A stretch of 64,000 nt of DNA from a virus. Below are positions 51,397 through 60,130 of the stretch, in pieces. The notes below the pieces were generated by a model that saw nothing but the letters and a program-made list of their open reading frames with translations, was not told the origin of the DNA and made no database searches. Position numbers and translations under genes: made by a program. Location of the stretch: the IMG/VR virus record IMGVR_UViG_3300005538_000001, one strand, 5' to 3'. Position 1 is the first letter of the stretch; every line of letters starts with the position of its first letter.

Positions 51397-52148
51397 GGTG
51401 CGGTGACGCCCGGCCCGACATTGCCGAGCGGCTGGCTCGCCACCGTGCCCATGACCGGCGCGGATTTCTCCGCAGCCGACTGGGCAGGAGCGCGTTGCCT
51501 CGTGACATTGGCGGGACGTTGCGGAAGCGTACCCGGCATGAACCGGTCACGGTAGCCGCCAAACCGATCTTCCTGGTGCACCTCTCGGATGCGCACGTTC
51601 GCCATAACCGGCACGTGGCCCGGCTTGGTCGGCAGCCTGACCGGCATGCGCACCGGAGGCTTCTCGCCAGGACCGGGCTTGATGCGGCCCTCGCGCATGT
51701 ACTTGAGCTCCATCGCGCGCTCGACGACGCGGCCGTGGTACTCCGCGACGAGGCGGGGATCGTCCCCCTCCCGCGGCCTGATCTGCATCGCGGCCTCGAT
51801 GAGAAGGTCGCGTGGCAGCGTCCCCGAATCCGGCAGTGCGGACAGATATTCCATCATCCGCGCTTCGGCCGCGGCGTTGAGCGGCACCATGTGCTCGTTG
51901 GGAACGATGGTCCCGGTGATGTCCTCCACCTGCGCGCCCGTGGGGTAGTAGACGCAATCGGGGGAGAACCACGGCTCGAGCATTTCGTAGACCGGCCGTT
52001 CCTCCGGCTCGAGGACGGTCAGGCCACCGGTCGCCTGTTCGAGCGCGGCGATGTGGTGGTTGCGCCTTGCAAGCTCGGCGCGCAGCGCGCGGATTTCCTC
52101 GTCGGCGGCGGCCGGCGAGGCTTTCCGGTTGGGTTCGACGTTCGACAT
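51393..52148 (-). CDS. hypothetical head-module protein
   Basis: 251-aa ORF with an N-terminal coiled coil, coupled to its downstream gene. Confidence 0.5.
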   Translation of the reverse strand: MSNVEPNRKASPAAADEEIRALRAELARRNHHIAALEQATGGLTVLEPEERPVYEMLEPWFSPDCVYYPTGAQVEDITGTIVPNEHMVPLNAAAEARMMEYLSALPDSGTLPRDLLIEAAMQIRPREGDDPRLVAEYHGRVVERAMELKYMREGRIKPGPGEKPPVRMPVRLPTKPGHVPVMANVRIREVHQEDRFGGYRDRFMPGTLPQRPANVTRQRAPAQSAAEKSAPVMGTVASQPLGNVGPGVTAP

Positions 52149-52163
52149 GGATCAGGGCCTCCG

Positions 52164-52748
52164 TTACGCCGCGACCACGAAGCCGCCGGGGTACATGCCC
52201 ACGTTGAAATCGGGCTTGCCGAGGAACACGCCCGCCGCGGAGATCGCCCCTCCCGAGAACGTGCCCGCCGGCACGTAGTTGAGCGAGATGAACCGCGGCA
52301 GCGCCGTGGTCAGCAAGCGGTCGGGAAAGTCGGGGAGCGTGATGATGCTCTTCGACGGGATCACGCCGGCAGCCGCGGCCGTGGCGAGATCAGCGGTCGG
52401 AATGGCCCCGGTCTCCACATAAGTGACCCACGTCAGGCCCGACAGGTTCGCCGGATAAGTGCCTCCCGAGGCATCCGGCGCGCCCTGGATCTGGATGTTA
52501 AGCGAGGTGCCCCCGGTGAACGCCGTGCCGATGATGGCGAGCAGGCGCAGACGCTGCGCGCCCGGCCCCAGGTCCTCGCCGAACAGCAGCGCCGCATTGA
52601 GCAGGAAGCCGCCGCCGGAGACGACCGGCGCCGAATAGGTGGTGCCGGTGTTCATGAGGCCCGTGCCGAGATCGAAGATCCCGGTGGAGCGGACGGCGGT
52701 GGAGGTGATTGCTTGTGCTGATCCAGTGTTTCCACCAGTAAACAGCAA
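52164..52748 (-). CDS. head decoration/cement-like protein, putative
   Basis: 194 aa, Gly/Thr/Ala-rich and beta-type. It is the first late gene after the capsid gene (separated from it by the HNH insert). The call is positional. Confidence 0.35.
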   Translation of the reverse strand: MLFTGGNTGSAQAITSTAVRSTGIFDLGTGLMNTGTTYSAPVVSGGGFLLNAALLFGEDLGPGAQRLRLLAIIGTAFTGGTSLNIQIQGAPDASGGTYPANLSGLTWVTYVETGAIPTADLATAAAAGVIPSKSIITLPDFPDRLLTTALPRFISLNYVPAGTFSGGAISAAGVFLGKPDFNVGMYPGGFVVAA

Positions 52749-52840
52749 GTTTCCGTCGGTCTGGATGACACGTACTCCCTTTTTATGTGATCGGCTATTT
52801 GCTACAACCTTGCAGTATCCACCTGCACAGGAGCCATTGA

Positions 52841-53362
52841 ATGGCCAAAGAGCAAATAAGCGCCGATCGGCTGAGATCGCTTCTTCGGTACGACCCCGAT
52901 ACCGGAGTGTTTACCTGGAGGGTTGTTCACGGTGGAAGAAAGCGCATTCCTGCGGGAATTGTAGCCGGAACCCGCTTTACGCCCGCGTGTGGTAAAAGTG
53001 ATTACTTGGCCATCACTCTTGACGGACGGACCTATAGCTTGCACCGTCTCGCATGGCTCTACATGACCGGCGAGTGGCCGGACTCGTTCATTGACCATGC
53101 AGACATGGACGGGATGAACAACCGCTGGTCCAACCTTCGGCTCGCGACGAAGGGGCAGAACATGCAGAACAGGAGACCTCAAAAGAACAGCAAGTCTGGC
53201 CGCAAGGGTGTGGGATGGCTTGCCGCAAACAGAAAATGGCGCGCGTACATTTGCGTAAATCGTAAGTTCCGCCATCTCGGTCTGTTCGATTCTCCTGAAG
53301 AGGCCAGCGCCGCTTATCTTGAGGCGGCGAAGACGCTCTATGGCGAGTTTGCCAGAGCCTAG
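52841..53362 (+). CDS. HNH_3 plus AP2-domain homing endonuclease
   Basis: 173 aa. LHRLAWLYMTGEWPDSFIDHADMDGMNNRWSNLRLATKGQNMQN (HNH_3) and GVGWLAANRKWRAYICVNRKFRHLGLFDSPEEASAAYLEAA (AP2). Antisense to the late operon, and its stop overlaps the capsid stop. Confidence 0.85.
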   Translation: MAKEQISADRLRSLLRYDPDTGVFTWRVVHGGRKRIPAGIVAGTRFTPACGKSDYLAITLDGRTYSLHRLAWLYMTGEWPDSFIDHADMDGMNNRWSNLRLATKGQNMQNRRPQKNSKSGRKGVGWLAANRKWRAYICVNRKFRHLGLFDSPEEASAAYLEAAKTLYGEFARA

Positions 53363-54291
53363 GTCAGCGTCGATTCGGTGTTGAGGATCACGTCACAGAC
53401 GCGCAGCGGCACGCCCCGGAACTCCAGGATCGGCTGGCCCTCGTACTCGGTCGGCTTGAGCAGCACGTTCTTGTCGCGGATGGCCTGGATCGCCGCATAC
53501 TGGGCGCAAGTGCGATTCCAGTAGAACGCCGGGCGAATCGCCGGAGACGGTTGGTTGGGCGCGTCGACCTTGGTAATCCCGCTCATCCGCCGGCCCGACG
53601 TGGGCATGCGGTAGAGCAGCTTGTTCATCATCGCGAACAGGTCGGGCGGGGTTGCGCCGGCAAGCCCGGCGGTCGTCGTGTCGATGTTGCAGATGCGCGC
53701 AAAAAACTGCCAGTTCTTGATGTGGACGCCCATCTTCCACATGAAGAACGAGGTGAAGGCCTCGAATTCCCGATTGTTGACGTCGAAGCCGGGACGGATA
53801 TCGCCCTTGTCCTCGAAGGTCAGCCCGGCCTTGGAGGCTTTCGGGTAAAAGCCGAAGCCGGTCTGCTCTCCCCAGCAGCACAGCCAGATCGAGGTGTTGG
53901 CCGAGGCGGAGCCGCCGGCACTGAGCACGTTGACCGCGTTCTGCGCATTGGCCGTGCTGATTGTGTTGTAGCGCGGGGCAAGTCCCGTAAACTGCGCCTG
54001 CGTCACGGCCTCGTTGCCGTAGAAGGCGGTAGTGGCCATCTGCTGGCTGAGGCCCTCGAGGTGGGCATTGTCCTCGGTCAGTCGCGTCTCGGCGATCTGG
54101 CCATCCAACTCGGCGAGCGAGCGGTCCACCCGCGAGTAGGCGACCAATTCACCGATCGTGTCGGTGATCTGCGCCGTGGTCGACTTGGTGAACTGAACGC
54201 CCTGGTAGAAGTTGCGCCACGTGCCCTGGGGCAGTCCGGTGCGAACCGTTCCAGTGTGTCCCAAGGGCTGGTTGCCCTCGCGGATGAGCAT
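53359..54291 (-). CDS. major capsid protein (HK97-fold type, by position and motif); true N-terminus probably lies upstream, to about 54396
   Basis: 310 aa from the first ATG. EGNQPLGHTGTVRTGLPQGTWRNFYQGVQFTKSTTAQ... Follows the scaffold-like gene. The in-frame upstream 39 codons read like protein (TAIAYLTLADWARRVGPDGNIDDIAELLAQCNEIFDD) but have no ATG/GTG/TTG. Confidence 0.65.
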   Translation of the reverse strand: MLIREGNQPLGHTGTVRTGLPQGTWRNFYQGVQFTKSTTAQITDTIGELVAYSRVDRSLAELDGQIAETRLTEDNAHLEGLSQQMATTAFYGNEAVTQAQFTGLAPRYNTISTANAQNAVNVLSAGGSASANTSIWLCCWGEQTGFGFYPKASKAGLTFEDKGDIRPGFDVNNREFEAFTSFFMWKMGVHIKNWQFFARICNIDTTTAGLAGATPPDLFAMMNKLLYRMPTSGRRMSGITKVDAPNQPSPAIRPAFYWNRTCAQYAAIQAIRDKNVLLKPTEYEGQPILEFRGVPLRVCDVILNTESTLT

Positions 54292-54519
54292 GTCGTCGAA
54301 GATTTCGTTGCACTGGGCAAGAAGCTCGGCGATGTCGTCGATGTTGCCGTCGGGACCGACGCGGCGGGCCCAATCGGCGAGCGTGAGATAGGCGATGGCC
54401 GTTACTCCATCAGGCGCGGCGCGCGGCCACGCTCAGGGAAAGCGCGCGTCTCACGACGGGCGCGGGGAAAGGCGGCGTCTCACGACGCGGCCGGATTCAT
54501 GGTTCCATCAGGCGCAGAC

Positions 54520-55455
54520 TCAGCCGGCGGCAGCCGGCGTCGTCTTCTCGTAGCGGGCAAGCTGCCGCTGTTGCCTGGTAGGCGCGGGCGAGCGCGGCGG
54601 CGGAGCCGAGTGGGGAGCACCCTCTCTCGCGAGAGCAACGCCGGCCCTCCGCAGCATGCGCAGGAGCGAAACGCGGTTGGCGATTCCCGTTGCGCGGAAA
54701 TCGTCAAACAGTTGTTTGCGCTCCTCTGCCGTCCCGCCGAACTGCTCGATGAACGACATGATTTCCCGGATGGCGGTCTGATGTCTTGATCCGCCAAGCT
54801 CGGGATCGGAAAGCACCTGCTCCTTGGCTGCGCGCTGCTGCTCCTGAAACACGTCCCATTGCTTCTGTGCGAGCTTCTGGGCGACCTGTCCCACCTCCGC
54901 GAGATGCAGGTCGAGCAGCTTCTGAGCCTTGGCGGGTGTTACCCGATCTTCTCCCTCTCCAAGCAGAGAGGTGAAGGCCGTCATGCGTTCCGAACTGACA
55001 TCCTCTGGCTTGATGCCCTCGGGATAGGTGAACTCGTAGGTCGGAGCCGGAGGCGTCTCGCCGGGGGCTTCCGCGGGCTTCGCTTCGCCGTCGGGCTTCT
55101 TCTCGCCGTCTGGCTTTGCTTCCTTTGCCTCGCCGGGCTTTTCTTCCGGCTTGGCGTCGGTCGGTTTGGCCGCGGCTTCTTCGAGCAGCGTCGGCGCAAA
55201 TTCGTTCTTGGGCGGCTCTGGCGTTGCCGGTGCCGCAGGGGCGGCCGTCTCGGTCGCAGCAGGAGACGGCGCTGCCGCAGCAGGCGTCTCGACAACGGGA
55301 GTCTCAGCGGAAGCGGCGGCCGCAGCCCCGTTGGCGCCCGAAGCTGCGGCCGGGGCAGCCTCGGTTGTCTGCGTGGCGGGAGGACCTCCGCCTTCGACAC
55401 CGTTGGCCGCCATCAGCGCCGGCGAGGATACGGCGCCGATCATGTTTGGAGGCAT
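54520..55455 (-). CDS. scaffolding protein, putative
   Basis: 311 aa. The N-terminal half is low-complexity Ala/Pro/Glu/Lys and the C-terminal half is helical. Lies between portal and capsid. Confidence 0.55.
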   Translation of the reverse strand: MPPNMIGAVSSPALMAANGVEGGGPPATQTTEAAPAAASGANGAAAAASAETPVVETPAAAAPSPAATETAAPAAPATPEPPKNEFAPTLLEEAAAKPTDAKPEEKPGEAKEAKPDGEKKPDGEAKPAEAPGETPPAPTYEFTYPEGIKPEDVSSERMTAFTSLLGEGEDRVTPAKAQKLLDLHLAEVGQVAQKLAQKQWDVFQEQQRAAKEQVLSDPELGGSRHQTAIREIMSFIEQFGGTAEERKQLFDDFRATGIANRVSLLRMLRRAGVALAREGAPHSAPPPRSPAPTRQQRQLARYEKTTPAAAG

Positions 55456-55458
55456 GCG

Positions 55459-55968
55459 CTATTCCTTGGGTTTCGTCTTCGCCCTGGCCTTCGCTTCGGC
55501 CTCGGCGCGCTTCTGCTCGTCAAACAATTGCTGGTCGGCCATCTCTTCGACGGCGCTCACGGCAATCCCTTCCTGATCAAATCCGCTGCGTTCCTTCGCG
55601 GCACGGCGCGCTTCCTCGCGATCCGCCTTTTCCTTGGCGCGGAGGATCCGCTCGCGGCGCTCGCGCACCATGCGCAGGTAGAGGTCCGGGCAATGCGTTT
55701 GAAGCTGGGTCTCCATCCAGTCCAGCACTTCCATTTTGCCGGAACGGGCCGCCATGCCCAGAGCGTCGCCGTCGTAGTGGTAGACCGCACGGCCTCCGCC
55801 GCAGAACTCGAGCAGGCGCTCGCACCAGAAGCGGCCCTGCGGCGTGCTCATCAGGGAGGTTAACACCTCCGCGTCCCATCGCTCGGGCTCTCCGGCGCGG
55901 CGCGCGGCGGTGCGATCTTCGTCGGTCAATGCATTCTCGCCGGCACGACCAGCCCGCTCGTCCGCCAT
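55459..55968 (-). CDS. hypothetical protein with Lys/Glu/Ala-rich tail
   Basis: 169-aa ORF in the late operon. Confidence 0.45.
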   Translation of the reverse strand: MADERAGRAGENALTDEDRTAARRAGEPERWDAEVLTSLMSTPQGRFWCERLLEFCGGGRAVYHYDGDALGMAARSGKMEVLDWMETQLQTHCPDLYLRMVRERRERILRAKEKADREEARRAAKERSGFDQEGIAVSAVEEMADQQLFDEQKRAEAEAKARAKTKPKE

Positions 55969-56453
55969 CCCGCGTCAGTGCGCAGCGGAGACTGCTGGAT
56001 TGCGATCTCCCGGCATTTGTCGCGCAGCCGCTCGAACTGCTCGGCGTACTGCGTCCAGCGCAGGTCCATCCGCTGGCCGAGCGAGATTTGCTTTGCCCCT
56101 GCGGACGCCCCTCGCAGCCCGGTCATGACGCGGCCCAGCGCATCGCTGTAAGAGATGCCTGTCCCGCCCCATTTCTCTGTCGAGAGCGCTGCATCGGACG
56201 GGCGGTCAAACCCGCCATCCTTGATCACCGCCTTGCGCAACGAGTCGAAATAGATCGCCAGCCGGTTCCAGGTATCCCGGTCGCGGTGGCGCGTCATGTG
56301 CCGCGCGCCATCCGACGCGAGCTTCAGGCCCTCGATCACACGCTCCCAGGATTCAAGCTCGCTCATCGGCGAGCCGCGCTTGTCCCGCTCGACGTTCTCG
56401 ATCGGGGTGAACTCGGGGTCGAGATCCGGGGATTCGGTAGGTTGATCGCTCAT
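55926..56453 (-). CDS. hypothetical protein
   Basis: 175-aa ORF. 4-nt overlap with the portal stop. Confidence 0.5.
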   Translation of the reverse strand: MSDQPTESPDLDPEFTPIENVERDKRGSPMSELESWERVIEGLKLASDGARHMTRHRDRDTWNRLAIYFDSLRKAVIKDGGFDRPSDAALSTEKWGGTGISYSDALGRVMTGLRGASAGAKQISLGQRMDLRWTQYAEQFERLRDKCREIAIQQSPLRTDAGWRTSGLVVPARMH

Positions 56454-58315
56454 GCCGCCTGGGCTCCCTGCTGCCCGCCACCAGCCCCGCCAGGAACTCC
56501 GCCCATAGCCCCGTACATCATCTGCGCTGCGTTGATGCCGCCGCCCAAGTCGATCTGCGAGGCATCCTTGGCGGCTCCTGCAAGCGCGGGCACCGTGTGC
56601 TGCGCTGCCTGATCCGCCTGCGCCTTGGCCATCTGCTGCTGGCGCTGCTGGCGCAATTGTGCAATCGACTGTTCGTCGTTGAGGATCTTGTGGCTCACCG
56701 CGAGCTGGTCCCCGTATTCCGCGACCAACTCATCCCAATCGAGCGTATCCATGATCTCCGGCTTGAGCGGGGCGATCTTGCTGACCACGGCGGCGATGCG
56801 CTCGATTCCGGCGGTCGCTACTGCCTTCTGCGCCAGCGCAAGGAGCGACACATATTCGATCTTCATCGGCACGCCGAGAAGAGACCGCGGCAGGGGCGGA
56901 AGCAGCTTCTTGCGCGCCATGATCGAGAGGACACGGCGGATGGCAGGGCCCGCCCCCTCGTTCTGGAAACGCTCGATCACCGGTCCGAGAACCTGTAGCT
57001 TCTCCTGCTGCCGTTGCGCCACCTCGAACGCCGTCATGTCCTTGGTAGCGGTCGCGAGCATCAGGAACAGATCGTTAAAAAAGCCAGACTTGATGCGCTG
57101 CTGGATCAGTTGGATGTCGACCGTGATCCCCTGAAGCGCCTGGGGATTGATCTCGAAAATCGGTTTCATCCCTTTCGACGTGTCGGACACATAGTTGTTG
57201 TGCCCTGGCAGCATCGAGGAGGGTTGGTTTTTCAGCTCGATCGGGGTGTTGAGCGGGGGCCTGACGATCTTCTCCAGCAATTCGGCCTTGCGCCTTGTCT
57301 CCTGCTGGAGCTGCATGATGTCGCCGAGGTTGTCCATTCCCACGGAACGGCCGTAGGGGTCGTTGCCGTTGACAAACCATCTCGGAGCGATGAAGGGAAG
57401 CTCCTTGAACCCACGAATGGAAAGCGGACGCTCGCTTGCCGCACCCCATTTCCAATAGACCTCACGGAACGCGTAGCCCCCACTGACCTTGCCATATGGC
57501 TTGGGGTCGCCCGGCTTCTGGATCTCGAAATTCGGCTCGATCGCGTGGGCGATCATGATTTCGCGTTCGAGCGACGAGCCCTTCTGCATCCATAGCGATT
57601 GAACGTCCTGCGGGCAGTTGTCGAGGCCAAACTCCTCGACGATCTGGGCAACAGTCAGCACATAGAGCCGATACAGCCCCTCGGGACGGAATGACGACCC
57701 GACGAGCAGATAGTATTCGCCCACTACCGGCGCGTAGCAGCGGATGATGTCCTCGTCGTCCTCGTAGAGGAGCATCGGACCTGTGCCGAAAGCAGGCAGG
57801 TCCTCGAACATTTGCGCGGCCATGTCGTAGAAATTCGACTCGGCCATGACGGTGTAGACGCGATCTTCCACCTCCTCGTACCAAAGCTGCGCTGGGCGGT
57901 CCATTTGGAAGTCGCGGATGCCGGGACCGAGCTTGAACCAAGGACGGCTCGGAGACATCAGCCCTGACATCAGCCCGGCCGCCGCTACCCGCAACGCATA
58001 CGTCGCGGTCGGGTCGACGATCGCCTGGTTGATCGGGAGGCCGCGCACCATGCTGTTGGGCACGGGCTGATCCATTCCTCCCTGAGAAAGCCACAGCGAC
58101 CGGCGGGGATTGAGGTACTGCGCGATCAACGCCCAGTGCTCGAGCCAGGAGAACCGCCAGGAGCGCGCCATCATCAGGCGGGCTTCGAGGTGCGCGCGAA
58201 GCTGCGGCCACCACGATTCCTCCTCGGGCCGTTCCTCCGGCACCATGGGCTTTTCCATGGCGAGGAGCAGCGGCGAGGCCTTCTCGTAGCGGGCAATGGC
58301 GTCTGCGGAGATCAT
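56450..58315 (-). CDS. portal protein (podovirus head-to-tail connector type)
   Basis: 621 aa. WRFSWLEHWALIAQYLNPRRSLW...FYDMAAQMFEDLPAFGTGPMLLYEDDEDIIRCY resembles T7-gp8-type connectors. A Gly/Gln/Ala-rich C-terminus. Confidence 0.75.
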   Translation of the reverse strand: MISADAIARYEKASPLLLAMEKPMVPEERPEEESWWPQLRAHLEARLMMARSWRFSWLEHWALIAQYLNPRRSLWLSQGGMDQPVPNSMVRGLPINQAIVDPTATYALRVAAAGLMSGLMSPSRPWFKLGPGIRDFQMDRPAQLWYEEVEDRVYTVMAESNFYDMAAQMFEDLPAFGTGPMLLYEDDEDIIRCYAPVVGEYYLLVGSSFRPEGLYRLYVLTVAQIVEEFGLDNCPQDVQSLWMQKGSSLEREIMIAHAIEPNFEIQKPGDPKPYGKVSGGYAFREVYWKWGAASERPLSIRGFKELPFIAPRWFVNGNDPYGRSVGMDNLGDIMQLQQETRRKAELLEKIVRPPLNTPIELKNQPSSMLPGHNNYVSDTSKGMKPIFEINPQALQGITVDIQLIQQRIKSGFFNDLFLMLATATKDMTAFEVAQRQQEKLQVLGPVIERFQNEGAGPAIRRVLSIMARKKLLPPLPRSLLGVPMKIEYVSLLALAQKAVATAGIERIAAVVSKIAPLKPEIMDTLDWDELVAEYGDQLAVSHKILNDEQSIAQLRQQRQQQMAKAQADQAAQHTVPALAGAAKDASQIDLGGGINAAQMMYGAMGGVPGGAGGGQQGAQAA

Positions 58316-58325
58316 GCTGTTAAAA

Positions 58326-58408
58326 ACGTTGCGTTGCGGTGCGAAGCGTTGCGTGGCGAAGCGCTGCGTGGCGAAGCGCTGCGTGGCGACGCGATGCGGC
58401 GCGTCGCG
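58326..58408. repeat. GC-rich repeat array 1: 13-mer CGTTGCGTTGCGG followed by ~5 tandem 15-bp units (GCGAAGCGYTGCGTG)
   Basis: Read directly off the sequence. It fills the whole gap between the stop of ORF 58412..58948 and the portal ATG. Confidence 0.85.
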
Positions 58409-58411
58409 GGG

Positions 58412-58948
58412 TTATTTCGCAAAAATGTCCAGCACTTTGGCTGTCGGCAGCGCAGCAGCGTCAATGACCTGCTGAACTTTCTCGATAGCTTTCGGCTTGC
58501 CCATCAGCTCTAGCGCACCGACGATGGACATGCGCGCGTTCCACTCCCGCTTCTTTTCGGGCGAGAGCATGTCATAGTTCACGGAAACCAATTTTTGCCT
58601 TTGCCGAATGTTGGCGCGATGGGCACGCTTGCCGTCACGGGCAGCAACCAGCATCTTCTGCTCGTCGGAACAGACGAAGATGTCGCCGTTCCTGTCGATA
58701 TCGATCAGCACGCCTTTGTCCCGAAGAAGAATGCGCCGCGCGGTGGCGAAATAGCGATAACCTTGGCGATTGCCTCCAATCTGGCGGCCGATCAGTTGTT
58801 CGATATCGGCTCTGGGAAACCGCAAAATACCGGCACGCTGCTGCTCGACTACATAGTCGATGATCATCTTGGTTTCGATCGCAATGCCAGGAAAGGATCG
58901 CTGCCCGGTTGGATCGATGGTGTCGGGTCGGAGCTTATGGATGTTCAT
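58412..58948 (-). CDS. hypothetical 178-aa protein bracketed by repeat arrays
   Basis: ORF MNIHKLRPDTIDPTGQRSFPG... I recognise no motif. Confidence 0.5.
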   Translation of the reverse strand: MNIHKLRPDTIDPTGQRSFPGIAIETKMIIDYVVEQQRAGILRFPRADIEQLIGRQIGGNRQGYRYFATARRILLRDKGVLIDIDRNGDIFVCSDEQKMLVAARDGKRAHRANIRQRQKLVSVNYDMLSPEKKREWNARMSIVGALELMGKPKAIEKVQQVIDAAALPTAKVLDIFAK

Positions 58949-58960
58949 GTGGGCGTGGCC

Positions 58961-58976
58961 TTTTTTGGGGGGGGGG
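58961..58976. repeat. homopolymer pair T6G10 (C10A6 on the coding strand), 13-28 nt upstream of ATG 58948
   Basis: ttttttgggggggggg reads directly off the sequence. Confidence 0.9.
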
Positions 58977-58983
58977 AAGAATT

Positions 58984-59182
58984 CGTTGCGTTGCGGCGCG
59001 ATACGTGGCAGAGCGCAGCGCTAAGTCGCGGCGCGCAGCGCAGCGCAGCGTCGGATGGTGAGTCACCTCACCCCACGGCGGGCCGCCGGGTGGGCCGCCG
59101 AAAGCTGAGTAGACGTTGCGTTGCGGTGCGGTGCGAAGCGTTGCGGCGCGCTGCGAAGCGATGCAGCGCGCTGCGACGGGTG
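58984..59182. repeat. GC-rich repeat arrays 2 and 3 with a central hairpin and direct repeat
   Basis: The 13-mer CGTTGCGTTGCGG recurs at 58984 and 59114, each followed by GCG/CAGCG-type degenerate repeats. GGTGAGtcacCTCACC hairpin at 59057-59072. GGGCCGCCG x2 at 59080-59100. Confidence 0.8.
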
Positions 59183-59185
59183 ACG

Positions 59186-59749
59186 TTATCCCTCCGCCCA
59201 GACTGTTTCCATCACCTGAAACCGCCCCTTGAACCCGCCCTTCTCTGGGCGGAACCTTCCTATTCCGATAAACTTTCCGGCCTCGGCCAGGACCTTCTCG
59301 AACACCTCTTTGGTGATAGTGTCATCGGCGATGTAGAACGTCACATCCGTTGCCCATTGCTTGATCAGCGGGTAGCATCTCCAAACGCGTTTGCCAGAGC
59401 CGCGCACCCCGTCTGCATTCATGTAAAGCCATTCCGGCTCAACATCGGCCTTCGTCAGCCCGATCGGCGCGTTGTCAAGCACGAGGACGCCAGCAAGAAA
59501 ATGCTTGGTATATGTCGCATTGCGCCGACCCGGCACTTTGAGTTGAAGGAACCTAGCCGCCGTATCCAGAGACATTTTCAGGCTCATCCCGGGAATGAAA
59601 AGAATCCCATCGTCTCCGACGTGGATACGCTCGGGCCAAATTCGCTTTTCGAACTCGTGGTGATCCTCCTTGTCGTCTTTCGCAGTCACGATCGGACGGG
59701 ACATCGAATAGGGCGACGCGCTCTTTAACGAAGCGATGCAGGTTTTCAC
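59186..59749 (-). CDS. hypothetical conserved phage protein
   Basis: 187-aa ORF (…GILFIPGMSLKMSLDTAARFL…GIGRFRPEKGGFKGRFQV). Confidence 0.5.
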   Translation of the reverse strand: MKTCIASLKSASPYSMSRPIVTAKDDKEDHHEFEKRIWPERIHVGDDGILFIPGMSLKMSLDTAARFLQLKVPGRRNATYTKHFLAGVLVLDNAPIGLTKADVEPEWLYMNADGVRGSGKRVWRCYPLIKQWATDVTFYIADDTITKEVFEKVLAEAGKFIGIGRFRPEKGGFKGRFQVMETVWAEG

Positions 59750-59899
59750 AGGCCGTCTCCATCGGCACCCGGCCAGCCACGCCCAGGCGCGATTATCCAG
59801 GGGAAGCGATGACGCTTCGCCGGGGCCGATGGAGGTCCCGATAAGGAAACGATCATCGCGCTTGATCCTCGTGGCTGCGAGGATTTGCGTCGCGGGGCG

Positions 59900-60127
59900 T
59901 CACTGCCCCGTCAATTGCTTGGTTGCCGTGGGCGCGGAGCCCGTGCCTTCTGGGCTGGTCATCACCGTTCCATCAAAGCCTGCGCCCGATGCTGCCGCCG
60001 CCTTCGCCTTTGCCGCCGCACCCGTCGCCTGCACCGAGGAGTTGGCGTAGGTCGCCGGGTTGGCGGCTGGCGGTGGAGATGGCGGCGGGGGAGGCGTTGA
60101 ACTCGAACCGCCCATCAGGAAACCCAT
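59900..60127 (-). CDS. small Pro/Ala-rich protein
   Basis: 75-aa ORF, MGFLMGGSSSTPPPPPSPPPAANPATYANSS... Confidence 0.4.
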   Translation of the reverse strand: MGFLMGGSSSTPPPPPSPPPAANPATYANSSVQATGAAAKAKAAAASGAGFDGTVMTSPEGTGSAPTATKQLTGQ

Positions 60128-60130
60128 CGA

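Noticed and set aside
50705-51562. 285-aa ORF as supplied.
   Set aside because: The first ~225 codons are Arg/Pro/His-rich antisense-type sequence overlapping ORF 50887..51396. Only the last 60 codons (MPPVSEKQRRFM...) look genuine and are coupled to the upstream stop.
58136-58513. 125-aa plus-strand ORF translating the repeats as (EALRG)n.
   Set aside because: It is an artefact of reading through the 15-bp repeat array and the antisense of flanking genes. It has no start context.
58326-59182. A CRISPR array, because of short GC-rich direct repeats.
   Set aside because: The units are 15 bp or shorter, directly tandem and degenerate, with no unique spacers of 25-40 bp. No cas genes are present.
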